Shown in pieces: positions 42,043-52,180 of a stretch of 64,000 bases of DNA. The DNA is taken from contig CAWFJP010000030.1 in NCBI GenBank assembly GCA_963816145.1, forward strand, positions 256,001-320,000, written 5' to 3'. Position numbers and translations under genes: made by a program. Every line of letters begins with the position of its first letter. Within the stretch, counting starts at the first letter, position 1. The notes under the pieces were generated by a model. That model was not told where the DNA came from. It was given only the letters and a program-made list of their open reading frames with translations, and searched no databases. Source of the DNA: an uncultured delta proteobacterium (GTDB lineage Bacteria; Desulfobacterota; Binatia; UBA9968).

Positions 42043-43500
42043 CTATCTTTTTCTCCGCGTCGTCGTGCTGCCGAAGATCGATCCCAACACACCGCGCATG
42101 ATCTCTCGTCCAACTTGACTGCCGATCGCTCGCGCCGCGCTCGTTCCCAACGCGCCGAGCAGTTTCCCGGCCTCTCCTTGCCATCCGCTACCGCTTTGCC
42201 CCGGTGCTTGCCCGGCTTCAGCCTGCGGCGTACGCGTTTTGAGCATCTCGTAAGCCGAATCGCGATCGACGATCTTTTCGTAGTGACCGTACAGTGTCGA
42301 CTGTTTGACGACCTGCTCGCGTTCGCCGGCGGCCAGCGGCGGCAGTTGGCTTTGCGGCGGATAGATCAGCGCGCGCTCAACCGGCGTCGGTTGCCCTTTG
42401 TCGTTAAGAAACGATACAAGCGCCTCGCCGACGCCAAGCTCGGTGATCACCGATTCCACATCGACGTTCTTGTTCTGCCGAAAAGTCGTCGCGGCCGCCT
42501 TGACAGCTTTTTGATCGCGCGGCGTGAAGGCGCGCAGCGCGTGCTGCACGCGATTGCCGAGTTGGCCGAGCACAACCTCGGGCACGTCGAGTGGATTTTG
42601 CGTTACGAAATAGACGCCGATGCCCTTGGAACGGATCAGGCGGATTACTTGCTCGATCTTCTCCAGCAAGACATTGGGGGCATCGTTAAACAGCAGATGC
42701 GCCTCATCGAAGAAAAACGCCAATTTGGGCTTCTCCGGATCCCCCACCTCCGGCAAGCGCTCGAATAACTCGGATAACAGCCAGAGCAAGAAAGTCGCGT
42801 ACAGCTTGGGGGCATTGATGAGCTTATCGGCGGTGAGAATGTTGATGATTCCGCGCCCTTGGCTATCGGTCTGCATCATGTCGTCCAGATCGAGGGCCGG
42901 CTCGCCGAAGAACTTGTCGCCGCCCTGCTCTTCGAGCGCCAGCAAGCCGCGCTGGATCGCGCCGACGCTCGCCGCCGAGACATTGCCGTACTGGGTTTTA
43001 AACTGCGCCGCATTGTCACCGACATGCTGCAGCATGGCGCGCAGGTCTTTCAAATCGAGCAGCAGCATGCCGTTGTCGTCGGCGATCTTGAAGACCATCG
43101 CCAGCACGCCGCTCTGGGTCTCGTTTAAATTGAGCAGGCGCGCCATCAGCAGCGGCCCCATGTCGGAAATCGTCGTCCGCACCGGATGGCCCTGTTCGCC
43201 GAAAACATCCCAAAATGCCACCGTATAGGCGGCAAATTGAAATCCGTCGATGGCGAGCTTGTCGAGCCGTTCACTAATTTTTGGGTTCGCCGCGCCGGCC
43301 CGGGCGAGCCCCGACAAATCGCCCTTCACATCGGCCATGAATACCGGCACGCCGATCCGGCTGAACCCTTCTGCGATCACGCGGAGCGTCACCGTCTTGC
43401 CGGTGCCGGTGGCGCCGGCGATCAGCCCATGGCGGTTCGCCATTCGCGGCAGAAGCACCAGATCGTTGTCCCCCTTGGCAATCGTAAGAACATCCGACAT
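42043..43500 (-). CDS. DUF853 / HerA-like ATPase (YjgR family)
   Basis: [49 protein letters not shown]. Confidence 0.92.
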   Translation of the reverse strand: MSDVLTIAKGDNDLVLLPRMANRHGLIAGATGTGKTVTLRVIAEGFSRIGVPVFMADVKGDLSGLARAGAANPKISERLDKLAIDGFQFAAYTVAFWDVFGEQGHPVRTTISDMGPLLMARLLNLNETQSGVLAMVFKIADDNGMLLLDLKDLRAMLQHVGDNAAQFKTQYGNVSAASVGAIQRGLLALEEQGGDKFFGEPALDLDDMMQTDSQGRGIINILTADKLINAPKLYATFLLWLLSELFERLPEVGDPEKPKLAFFFDEAHLLFNDAPNVLLEKIEQVIRLIRSKGIGVYFVTQNPLDVPEVVLGQLGNRVQHALRAFTPRDQKAVKAAATTFRQNKNVDVESVITELGVGEALVSFLNDKGQPTPVERALIYPPQSQLPPLAAGEREQVVKQSTLYGHYEKIVDRDSAYEMLKTRTPQAEAGQAPGQSGSGWQGEAGKLLGALGTSAARAIGSQVGREIMRGVLGSIFGSTTTRRKR

Positions 43501-43724
43501 GGAAATAACCTCCCAGAATTCAATAACTTAGGCTCATGGGCGGCCGTTATTTAGCTTAAGCATTGAAGCCGTTTCATATATAGACTCATCCGGAGTGAAT
43601 GGAAAGCCGGTAGCGCGCGTCCAAGTCACCAGAATGAGGTCGATTACATCGGGTCGAGCGGAGGGCGATGCAGTCAAGGCTTCATTCAAAAATCAACAAC
43701 AACATTTTTAAGGGGGATTCACGA

Positions 43725-43949
43725 GTGAAAAGAATTTTGAGCGTATTTATTACTTCGATGTTTTTGGCCTCTGCCGCATTTGCCGCCGATGCTACGAAGG
43801 ACGAGAAGAAGACCGAACCAGCCAAGGCGAAAGCCAGCGACACTAAGGGTGAGGCCAAATCCACTGAGAAGAAGGCCGATGGCAAGGCGAAAGCCAGCGG
43901 CGCCAAAGCCGACGCTAAGAGCGACGAGAAAAAAGCCGCCACTAAGTAA
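43725..43949 (+). CDS. Small secreted Lys/Ala-rich protein
   Basis: GGGGGA RBS, GTG start, signal peptide ending AFA-AD, low-complexity tail; followed by a terminator. Confidence 0.7.
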   Translation: MKRILSVFITSMFLASAAFAADATKDEKKTEPAKAKASDTKGEAKSTEKKADGKAKASGAKADAKSDEKKAATK

Positions 43950-43969
43950 GCATTTTTCTGGGTTGTCTC

Positions 43970-44007
43970 AAGAGCAAGGTGTCCCTCCCCACCTTGCTCT
44001 TTTTTTT
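43970..44007 (+). terminator. Rho-independent terminator
   Basis: AAGAGCAAGGTG-loop-CACCTTGCTCTT followed by a T-tract. Confidence 0.85.
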
Positions 44008-44246
44008 GCCCATCGACCTTTCGCCCGCGTTAAATACGATCAGCTGCTTCGAAGCGCCATCATTCGCGGCGCACTGACCGCGACTCAATGGGATTATTCG
44101 TGAGAGTCCTGTGGATGGCACTGTAACTTTGAATCACTATCAGATATGTTCGTCTATACTATTAGTTGCATGGTTCATGCGTGGTGGAGGGGACGCATGG
44201 GCGGGTTAAAGAATTTACCCAAAACAAATCCTAGGAGGATTGATCG

Positions 44247-44546
44247 ATGAAAGGACTACTCGGTTTACTCGTCGCCGCCGCGTTTGTCGCCAGCGCCTCG
44301 CTCGCACTGGCTAAAGATTATCAAGTCACCGGCCCGGTTGTCGACGTGACAAATGACCAGATCACCGTTAAGAAAGGCACTGAGAATTGGGAAATCGCCC
44401 GCGATAAAGATACCAAGTCGACCGGCGAAATCAAAAAAGGCGACCGCGTCATGATCAAGTACAAGATGATCGCCACCACTATCGAGTCGAAGAGCACGGC
44501 CAAACCCGCCGATAAGACCAAGGTCGACACTAAGAAGACCAAGTAA
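44247..44546 (+). CDS. Small secreted OB-fold-like protein
   Basis: AGGAGG RBS, signal peptide, YQVTGPVVDV...IKKGDRVMIKY. Confidence 0.75.
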   Translation: MKGLLGLLVAAAFVASASLALAKDYQVTGPVVDVTNDQITVKKGTENWEIARDKDTKSTGEIKKGDRVMIKYKMIATTIESKSTAKPADKTKVDTKKTK

Positions 44547-44583
44547 GCTCATTCTTAGGAACTCCCTCCACCTAATACTCACT

Positions 44584-44614
44584 AACGGGCCGCGCTTTGC
44601 GGCCCGTTGTGTTT
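44584..44614 (+). terminator. Probable terminator hairpin
   Basis: AACGGGCCGC-GCTTT-GCGGCCCGTT then GTGTTT. Confidence 0.6.
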
Positions 44615-44686
44615 CTAGCCCTGACTTTTCTTTTCCCAGCTGTTTTGCTACGGTTTTGGAAATTCGCGGCAACGGGACGGCTAAAT

Positions 44687-45397
44687 ATGGCAACGCACCC
44701 AGAAGTCACTATTGTTCATAGCTCGGATTTACATCTCGGCACCGACGACAGTTTCAGCGACAAAGACCGTTTGGCGGTATTACCGCAAGTCCTGGGCGCG
44801 GCTAACGAGGTCAACGCCGATATTGTCGTGCTCGCCGGCGACTCTTTCGACAATCACCGGCAACCGGCCGATCTGCTCGAGCGAGCCGCCGGGATTTTGC
44901 GCGATTACGGCAAGCGCGTGGTGATCTTGCCGGGCAACCATGATCCGCTGACCCCCGACTCGGTCTATCGGCGCGGCGGCCTGGCGGAGGTTGCCAACGT
45001 CAACATACTCGGCTTGAACTGCGGCAAGTCCGTGATCTTCCCCGAGTTTGAGTTGGAGATTTGGGGCCACGCCCATGTCGACTACACCGACATGTCGCCG
45101 CTCGCCAACCCCCAGCCGCGCACGACCCGCTGGCAGCTGGCCGCCGCCCACGGCCACTACGTCGATGAAGAACGCGATCCCAACCGTATGATCGGCTCCT
45201 GGCTGATCCATCGCGAAGAGCTGCTTGCCATCAGCGCCGACTACGTCGCTCTCGGCCATTGGAATCAGTCCATCGCGGTCGGCAACGGCGACGTTAACGC
45301 CCACTACTCCGGCTCGCCGGAGTACACCGGCACCGTCAATGTCGTCAAGTTTACGAAAGACGGCCAAGTCGAGGTCGGCAAAGCCAAACTGCGCTAG
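44687..45397 (+). CDS. Metallophosphoesterase, SbcD/Mre11-like nuclease domain only
   Basis: HSSDLHLG, LAGDSFD, PGNHD, AHG, YVALGHW, YSGSPE. Confidence 0.8.
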   Translation: MATHPEVTIVHSSDLHLGTDDSFSDKDRLAVLPQVLGAANEVNADIVVLAGDSFDNHRQPADLLERAAGILRDYGKRVVILPGNHDPLTPDSVYRRGGLAEVANVNILGLNCGKSVIFPEFELEIWGHAHVDYTDMSPLANPQPRTTRWQLAAAHGHYVDEERDPNRMIGSWLIHREELLAISADYVALGHWNQSIAVGNGDVNAHYSGSPEYTGTVNVVKFTKDGQVEVGKAKLR

Positions 45398-45471
45398 CGG
45401 CCTTGCCTTACTCCCTTCTGTATTCATAATTCATATCCGCCCCAACGCGGCAATTCATCACAGATTCCAAC

Positions 45472-46545
45472 ATGTGTAGGTTGCTATTCCTTGCCGGCGC
45501 ACTGCTATGGGCAAGCGTGTTATTCGCGCTAGAATCAATTGGCGCCGCCCAACCCGCAGCGAGTACTTTCAATAACGAACAAAGCGCAGCCAGTTTTTAC
45601 CGCGGAAAAGTCCTCCGTATCGTCGTCGGTTTTCCCCCCGGCGGCGGGGCTGACGTCTACTCACGGCTGATCGCGCGCCATCTGGGCCGGTACATCCCCG
45701 GCAACCCCACCCTCGCCGTCGCTAACATGCCTGGCGCCGGCAGCATCATCGCCGGCAATCATGTCTTCAATAACGGCGCGCGCGACGGCAGCGAGATCGG
45801 CATGCTCAATGGCGCGGTGATCTTGGAACAGCTCTTCGCCAACCCCGGGGTCCATTTCGACATGGCCAAGTTCCGCTACCTGGCGGTCCCGGTCAACGAA
45901 ACCTATGTGATGATCGTCACCCGCCAGTCGGGCATCGGAAAGTTCAGCGAGCTCGTTGGACCGGGTGCCAAGCATCTGACCCTGGGCGCCATCCCCAACT
46001 CGACTCTGGAACATGCACCGATCTTGATGCGCGAGGCCTTGGACGCCAATCTCAAGGTCGTCTCGGGCTACAAAGGCAGCGCCGATATCCGATTGGCCAT
46101 CGACTCGGGCGAGATCGGCGGCTTTTTCAATCCCTGGAGCACGGTCAAGCCGAGTTCCCACGATAAATTCAAAAGCGGCGACTGGTCGGTCATCGCCCAG
46201 CTCGCCGATCAACCGTTGCCCGACCTGCCGGCGCATGGCGTTCCGACCATTAACGAGCTCACCAGAGACGAAAGCCCGCGTCTGCTGCTGCGCTATGGCA
46301 CCAGCGCGCCCAATCAGTTCGGCAAAGTCTATATGCTACCGATGGGTGTCCCGGCCGACCGCGCTGCGGCATTGGAGAACGCCTTCGCCAGAACTTTAGC
46401 CGATAAGAATTTCTTAGCCGATGCGGAGAAAGGTAAGTTGGAAATCACGCCGATTTACGGCGAGTCGATTTATAAGATCGTTCGCGAATTTCTCGCCATG
46501 CCGCCAACAATCAAAGCGCGCCTGGAAAAAGCTCTCAAGAGATAA
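45472..46545 (+). CDS. TctC/Bug-family substrate-binding protein
   Basis: VGFPPGGGADVYSR, NMPGAG, GYKGSADIRLAIDSGEI. Confidence 0.9.
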   Translation: MCRLLFLAGALLWASVLFALESIGAAQPAASTFNNEQSAASFYRGKVLRIVVGFPPGGGADVYSRLIARHLGRYIPGNPTLAVANMPGAGSIIAGNHVFNNGARDGSEIGMLNGAVILEQLFANPGVHFDMAKFRYLAVPVNETYVMIVTRQSGIGKFSELVGPGAKHLTLGAIPNSTLEHAPILMREALDANLKVVSGYKGSADIRLAIDSGEIGGFFNPWSTVKPSSHDKFKSGDWSVIAQLADQPLPDLPAHGVPTINELTRDESPRLLLRYGTSAPNQFGKVYMLPMGVPADRAAALENAFARTLADKNFLADAEKGKLEITPIYGESIYKIVREFLAMPPTIKARLEKALKR

Positions 46546-46550
46546 ATACA

Positions 46551-46628
46551 CGTGAGGGGGTGAAGCGTCAGCGGTAAGGCGTTCCGGAAAATCCCCATCC
46601 GAACACCTAACCCTTCACCCCTCACGCT
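46551..46628. repeat. Palindromic element with 7-bp-period arms
   Basis: CGTGAGGGGGTGAAGCGTCAGCGGTAAGG ... CACCTAACCCTTCACCCCTCACG, between convergent genes. Confidence 0.6.
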
Positions 46629-46639
46629 TTGCGCCTGCA

Positions 46640-47626
46640 TTACGCCGGCAACAGCAGCCGCGCCTCATCCGCATCCACCACCGGATTCTTCGGCCGTTTG
46701 CTTTCGAGCACGCGGATCACTTCCTCGGCGGCGCCCCACTCGCCGCGCTCGGAAGCTTCCAGCGTCACCGCGCCCAAATGCGGCGTCCAGAGCACATTGT
46801 CGAGCTTGAACAACGGATGATCCTTGGCCGGCGGCTCGCTGGCGATCACATCCAACGCGGCGCCGGCGAGCTTGTGCTTTTGCAGCATCTCACACAGCGC
46901 TGCTTCGTCGACGATACCGCCGCGCGCCGCATTGATCAGAAAAGCTGCAGGCTTCATCAGCCCCAGTTCCTTGGCGCCGATCATGCCGCGGGTTTCACGG
47001 TTGAGTGGGCAATGGATCGTGACGAAATCGGAATCCGCCAGCAGCTCGCTGAGACCGACCCACTTGCCGCCGAGCGCGGTCACGTGGGACTCGGGGATGT
47101 AGGGATCGCAGACGAGAAAATCCATCTCGAAAGCCCGCGCCCGGATCGCCAGGCGCGCGCCGATATTACCCATGCCGACGATGCCGATGGTTTTGCCGGC
47201 CAGCTCGGTGCCGATGAATTTCAGATAATCGCTCCAGCGATTGTCTTTGACCGCGCGGTCGGCCGCATGGGTGTGGCGTACCAGCGCGATCATCTGACCG
47301 AACACCAACTCGGCGACCGAGACGGCGTTGCTGCCGGGCTGGTTGGTCACCCAGACTTTCAGTTCCTTGGCCGCTTCCAGGTCCACGCGCGACGGATCGA
47401 CGCCGACGCCGGTCCGGGCGATAATCTTCAAGCGCCCGCCGGCTTTTTCCATATGCTCGCGCTTGATTTGACCCTTGCGGCTGATGACCGCATCGACGCG
47501 CGCCGCCTCGATGTCCCAACGTTGCGGCTCGACCCAAGGATTGACGACCACCAGATCGACCCGCTCGCGCAACCATTTCAAAACTTCCGGTTGAAACTCC
47601 TCGACCAACACGCGCCCTAATGACAT
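46640..47626 (-). CDS. D-isomer-specific 2-hydroxyacid dehydrogenase (SerA-like)
   Basis: RTGVGVD, GIVGMGNIG, INAARGGIVDE, LDV...EP, TPHLG. Confidence 0.9.
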   Translation of the reverse strand: MSLGRVLVEEFQPEVLKWLRERVDLVVVNPWVEPQRWDIEAARVDAVISRKGQIKREHMEKAGGRLKIIARTGVGVDPSRVDLEAAKELKVWVTNQPGSNAVSVAELVFGQMIALVRHTHAADRAVKDNRWSDYLKFIGTELAGKTIGIVGMGNIGARLAIRARAFEMDFLVCDPYIPESHVTALGGKWVGLSELLADSDFVTIHCPLNRETRGMIGAKELGLMKPAAFLINAARGGIVDEAALCEMLQKHKLAGAALDVIASEPPAKDHPLFKLDNVLWTPHLGAVTLEASERGEWGAAEEVIRVLESKRPKNPVVDADEARLLLPA

Positions 47627-47778
47627 AAGTGCAGCCTCCGCGGTAATCGTGATGTTGCGCTGTATTCTAAACAGACCCGTGGCGGAATACTACGACCCAC
47701 TGCTGGAAGAACCGAGTTGCTTCATAGCCGGTTCCCGATATACTGGCGCCAATTTAACGTCGAACTCCGGAGCCGATC

Positions 47779-48747
47779 ATGACCCGCAGGTTTCTCCATA
47801 GCTTGAACGGAATTTTGACCGTCGCGCTGACCGTCCTGGCCACGACAAATTTCGCCGCGGCGGAAAAAATCCGCCTGGCATTGCCGTCGCGTTCCATGGG
47901 TTATCTGCCCATGTTCATCGCGCTGCAGCGCGGCTTTCTCAAAGACGAAAATCTAGACCTCGAACTCCCGGCCATGCTGCCCAACATCGCGCACAACGCG
48001 CTGTTGAGCGGCGAGGTGGAGTATCACGGCGTTGCCGACTCGGCGCTGCGCCTGGCCGCCAAAGGGGCGCCGCTGAAGTCGATCTTTTTCAGCGCCCGGT
48101 TGCCGAATTACTTTTTAATGGCCAAGCCAACGATCAAATCGGTCAGCGAACTGCGCGGCAAATTAGTCGCCGTCAGCCGTTTCGGCGGCACCACCGATTT
48201 GGCCGCCCGGGTCGCGCTCCAAGCCAACGGCCTCGACCCGCATAAAGATGTCGTCTTGATCATGATCGGCCTGGGCAACACGCGCAATGCCGCACTCATG
48301 GCCGGCTCGGTGGACGCCAACATCGCCAACCCGCCGGACAATTCCATGCTCAAACAAAAAGGCTTTCGCGAATTGTTGTTTCTCGGCGATGCCATGGAGT
48401 TCCCCAGCAACGGCTTTACCACCACTGAGCGCCGGCTGGCTGAGAACCGCGATCAGGTGAAGCGCCTGCTGCGCGCGTTTTACCGCGGCCTGCTGTTTTC
48501 CCGCGACAATCCCGAAGAATCGATCAAGATCGTCGAGCGCGAGTGGAAGCTCGACCCGGCGATGGCGCGCGACTCCTATCAATCGATCATGAAGGCCGCC
48601 AGCCGCGACGGCGCTTCTTCTGACGCCGGTCTGAAAGTCCATATCAAATTGATCCAGAATTCCGACAAAAGCATCGGTGACATTCCCTTGAACAAGATCG
48701 TCGACTTCCGCGTCCTCGAAGAAGTCCGGCGCGAGATTTCCCGCTAA
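47779..48747 (+). CDS. ABC substrate-binding protein (NMT1/SsuA-like)
   Basis: Signal peptide, RGFLKDENL, ELRGKLVAVSRFGG. Confidence 0.85.
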   Translation: MTRRFLHSLNGILTVALTVLATTNFAAAEKIRLALPSRSMGYLPMFIALQRGFLKDENLDLELPAMLPNIAHNALLSGEVEYHGVADSALRLAAKGAPLKSIFFSARLPNYFLMAKPTIKSVSELRGKLVAVSRFGGTTDLAARVALQANGLDPHKDVVLIMIGLGNTRNAALMAGSVDANIANPPDNSMLKQKGFRELLFLGDAMEFPSNGFTTTERRLAENRDQVKRLLRAFYRGLLFSRDNPEESIKIVEREWKLDPAMARDSYQSIMKAASRDGASSDAGLKVHIKLIQNSDKSIGDIPLNKIVDFRVLEEVRREISR

Positions 48748-48757
48748 GAGTAAATCA

Positions 48758-49726
48758 ATGAAACTACCTATCGTTCTCGCACTTGTGTTTCTCGCTGCCA
48801 CCGATGGTCGGGCCGAGCGTGTGCGCACCATCATCCCGCGAGCGACGCTGAATTACTTGAGCGTGCCCGTAGCTGAGCTTAAGGGTTACTTTCGCGATGA
48901 GAATCTGGAAAACGAAACCATCGTCATCCCGGGCAGCACCGCCATCGCCGCGCTGGTGAGCGGCGAGGCCGACTACAGCGGCGCTGGCGGTACCGGCATG
49001 CGGGCGGCGCTGCGCGGCGCGCCGATCAAATGCGTGATGTTTCAGACCGAGAAAGTGACCTGGTACTTGATCGCCGCACCGGAGATCGCCAAGGCCGCCG
49101 ACCTTAAGGGCAAGCGCGTGGCGGTGGGCACCGTCGGCGACACCCAGGATTCGTTGATCACGCTTTTCGCTGAACGGAACGGCGTCGCGCCGCGCGATCT
49201 GACCCGTGTCGCCATGCCATCGCGCTCGACAATGACGACCATCCTCGGACTGAAATCGGGCGCCATCCAGGCCGCCACAGTCAACGGGGACGAGGCGATC
49301 ATCGCCGAGAAGGAAGGGCTGCGCACCATCACCTTCTTGGGCGACCTCTTTCCCTATCCGTTTCAAGGTTTCATGGCGAGCGATAAAAAAATTGCCGAGC
49401 GGCCGGGCGATATCAAACGTTGGCTGCGCGCCATGATGCGCGCCCTCATGTTCATCCGCGAGCGGCCCGAAGAAGCCGCCGACATCGCCATTAAAAAAAT
49501 TCCCATGGGTAGCCCGAGCCGGCCCGTCGTTATCGAAGGCATCCGCCGCTTTGTTCGGGCGCTGCCCGACGGCATTCCTGGAGTGCCTTCGGCCCAAGGG
49601 CTGAAAAACGTCATCGAGTTCGACGTCAAGGCGCCGTTAAAAATCAAAGACGAGGTCGCCCCGGAAAAATTTCTCGCGCTCAAGCTCGCCGCCGAAGTCA
49701 AAGAAGAGTTGGAACGTAAACGCTAA
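48758..49726 (+). CDS. ABC substrate-binding protein (NMT1/SsuA-like)
   Basis: KGYFRDENL, DLKGKRVAVG. Confidence 0.85.
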   Translation: MKLPIVLALVFLAATDGRAERVRTIIPRATLNYLSVPVAELKGYFRDENLENETIVIPGSTAIAALVSGEADYSGAGGTGMRAALRGAPIKCVMFQTEKVTWYLIAAPEIAKAADLKGKRVAVGTVGDTQDSLITLFAERNGVAPRDLTRVAMPSRSTMTTILGLKSGAIQAATVNGDEAIIAEKEGLRTITFLGDLFPYPFQGFMASDKKIAERPGDIKRWLRAMMRALMFIRERPEEAADIAIKKIPMGSPSRPVVIEGIRRFVRALPDGIPGVPSAQGLKNVIEFDVKAPLKIKDEVAPEKFLALKLAAEVKEELERKR

Positions 49727-49738
49727 AAAGGATTTGTC

Positions 49739-50740
49739 ATGATTCGGCTTGCCCATCGTGCAATCGCGCTTGCTCTGCTCGGGCTATTGGTTCAAGCAAG
49801 CGCCGTCCACAGCCAAGAAAAGAAAAACCTGCGGGTCGTATTCGTCAGCCTGTCATGGAACGCCCAATTGCCGTTCCGCATCGCCAGCGCCAAAGGGTTT
49901 TTCAAGGAGCAGGGACTGACGGTGGAGCAGATCTTCGTGCGCGGCGGACCGATCGCGATCGCCTCGCTGGTCTCCGGCAATGTCGATTTCGCCAGCATCG
50001 GCGGCGCCCAAGCGGCGATTCGCAGCAAGGCGAAGGGGCTCGATCTCAACATCATCTCATCGCTGTCGAACTACACCAACTACACGCTGATCGGCAGCAA
50101 AGAAAACAAGCGGCTCGACGACCTGCGCGGCAAAACCGTCGGCATCACCGGCGCCGGCACATTCTCCGACTTTACCATTCGGCTTTACCTCAAGCGCAAC
50201 AATATCGACCCTGACAAGGACGTCGCCTTGCGCGCCATCGGCCAAACCGTCGTGCGCGCCGGCGCGCTGGAAAAAGGCCTGATCGCCGCGGCGCCGTTTT
50301 CCGCCGAAGATGCGGTAAAACTGCTCGACAAAGGTTTCCCGATGATCGTCAACCTGAACGAGGCCCTGCGCGTGCCGCAAAGCGTCTACGTCACCCGCGG
50401 CGATATGCTGGAGAAAGCTCCCGACACGACGAAAAGATTTTTGAAAGCGGTGATTCTCGGCATGCAGCTGGCCAAGTACAACAAGCAGGAAGCGATCAAG
50501 ATCGGCTTTGCCGCCGGACTGCAAGGCGATCCCGATATCGTCAACCGTTCCTACGATCTTTTCAGCCCCGGCTACGCCGCCGATCTCTCGGTCGCCTGGG
50601 ACGGCATACAGATTATGCTCGACGACGATATCCACACCGGACTGGTGGACAAAAAATTTACCCTCGATCGCGTCATTAATGACCGGATTTTGAAGCAAGC
50701 GCAGCAGGAGTTACGAAACGAAGGACGGCTGAGACAATGA
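49739..50740 (+). CDS. ABC substrate-binding protein (NMT1/SsuA-like)
   Basis: KGFFKEQGL, DLRGKTVGITG. Confidence 0.85.
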   Translation: MIRLAHRAIALALLGLLVQASAVHSQEKKNLRVVFVSLSWNAQLPFRIASAKGFFKEQGLTVEQIFVRGGPIAIASLVSGNVDFASIGGAQAAIRSKAKGLDLNIISSLSNYTNYTLIGSKENKRLDDLRGKTVGITGAGTFSDFTIRLYLKRNNIDPDKDVALRAIGQTVVRAGALEKGLIAAAPFSAEDAVKLLDKGFPMIVNLNEALRVPQSVYVTRGDMLEKAPDTTKRFLKAVILGMQLAKYNKQEAIKIGFAAGLQGDPDIVNRSYDLFSPGYAADLSVAWDGIQIMLDDDIHTGLVDKKFTLDRVINDRILKQAQQELRNEGRLRQ

Positions 50741-50840
50741 CCCCTGGGCGAGCTTCAAACTCGCCCCTACGTCAAGAATTATTTTGCGTTAGTATGCGTT
50801 CTTTGCGGCGAAACCTCCGATCTTGAAAGGAGATTCTGTC

Positions 50841-51650
50841 ATGAACCAAGAACTGACCGCCAGCATCCCCTATACCGTGGACACGGGTGAAAAACTCGTG
50901 AACGAAACCTTCGGCCCGAATAACATACGGCGACGCAAGACGGGCAGCCACGAACTCATGACCATGGCCGTGCGCAATGGCCGGTTGCTTGGCGGCGAGA
51001 TTTCACTGGAGCAAAACGGCTTCGTCTTGGTTGACCACAAAACCAAGGTCGCCGACTTCTTCGATACCCGGCAACTTGAGTCGGTGTACTACCGGGAAGT
51101 CGAGCAATTGATCAAACGAGAGTCAGGCGCATCCCGGGTGGTGATTTTCGATCATACGCTACGCTCCGGCGACGAAGCCGAGCGCGAAAAGAAGCTGATC
51201 CGCGAACCGGTCATGTCGGCGCACAACGATTATACCGAATGGTCGGGACCGAACCGAGTGCGCGAGTTTCTGCCGGACGAAGCGGAAGACTTGCTGACCC
51301 GCCGCTTCGCGATCGTTCAAGTCTGGCGCGCGATCAATCAACCGATCCAAACCAATCCCCTCGCGCTGGCCGACGCCAAGAGTGTGGCGATGGAAGATCT
51401 GGTCGTCGCCGAGCGCCGCTACCCACACCGGGTCGGCCAAACCTATCGATTGAAATACAACCCCAATCATCGCTGGTATTATTTTCCCGAGATGCGCCGC
51501 GACGAAGCGCTGGTGTTTAAAGTCTACGATTCCGAAATGGACGGCCGCGCGCGCTTCACGCCGCACACATCCTTCGACGATCCCAACACTCCGGCCGGGG
51601 CTCCGGCACGGCAAAGCATCGAAGTGCGCGCTTTCGCCTTTTATAATTGA
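50841..51650 (+). CDS. CmcJ/NvfI (AsaB-like) family oxidoreductase
   Basis: FDHTLR, AHNDYT, QVWRAI..PLALAD, HRWYYFPEM, FTPHTSF, RQSIEVR. Confidence 0.85.
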   Translation: MNQELTASIPYTVDTGEKLVNETFGPNNIRRRKTGSHELMTMAVRNGRLLGGEISLEQNGFVLVDHKTKVADFFDTRQLESVYYREVEQLIKRESGASRVVIFDHTLRSGDEAEREKKLIREPVMSAHNDYTEWSGPNRVREFLPDEAEDLLTRRFAIVQVWRAINQPIQTNPLALADAKSVAMEDLVVAERRYPHRVGQTYRLKYNPNHRWYYFPEMRRDEALVFKVYDSEMDGRARFTPHTSFDDPNTPAGAPARQSIEVRAFAFYN

Positions 51651-51714
51651 ACATTCCACAGCGAGAATTCACGAGAATGCGATTCAAGTCGACTCAAAGT
51701 TGACTTGCAAATTT

Positions 51715-51793
51715 CTGTCATTCCGGCGTCGGCCGGAATCCAGGTTTGTTCCGCTGAACTCTAAGCTGGATACCGGCTTTCGCCGGTATGACG
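51715..51793. repeat. TGTC/CGTC-type REP dimer
   Basis: CTGTCATTCCGGCGTCGGCCGGAATCCAG...CTGGATACCGGCTTTCGCCGGTATGACG. Confidence 0.8.
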
Positions 51794-51901
51794 GAACAGC
51801 TCTTCATCAGAGGCGATGCTCAATTCGGGTGACGGTGCGGCCTGATTTCAATCTAAACCGAAATGGCGTGCGGAGTTTGGAAAAAATTTCTCGCCGAACC
51901 A

Positions 51902-51929
51902 TTCACAAGTTTTTCTGCTTTGCTATAAT
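51902..51929 (+). promoter_or_regulatory. Putative sigma70 promoter (extended -10) upstream of the transposase-PolA unit
   Basis: TTCACA-N16-TATAAT with TG at 51921-51922. Confidence 0.55.
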
Positions 51930-52180
51930 CATCTGCGAACATCAACCTTCCGAACTGTGAGCGTTTGATCCTGTTTTGCATTCAACTATCGCGTCACGAG
52001 CTTACGGCGACGCTTGGCGCAGCCCGATAATCGCCAAGTTCCGGCGCGCAATCCATTGATGGAGAAACCGAATCAAAATGTCTAAACCTATGCCGAAACC
52101 CGAGGTGGCTCGTAACAGGTTATTGCGTTGCCGCCTGTAGGGCGAGAATCTATGATTGCAAGGCTCCCTGCTAAAGTTCC

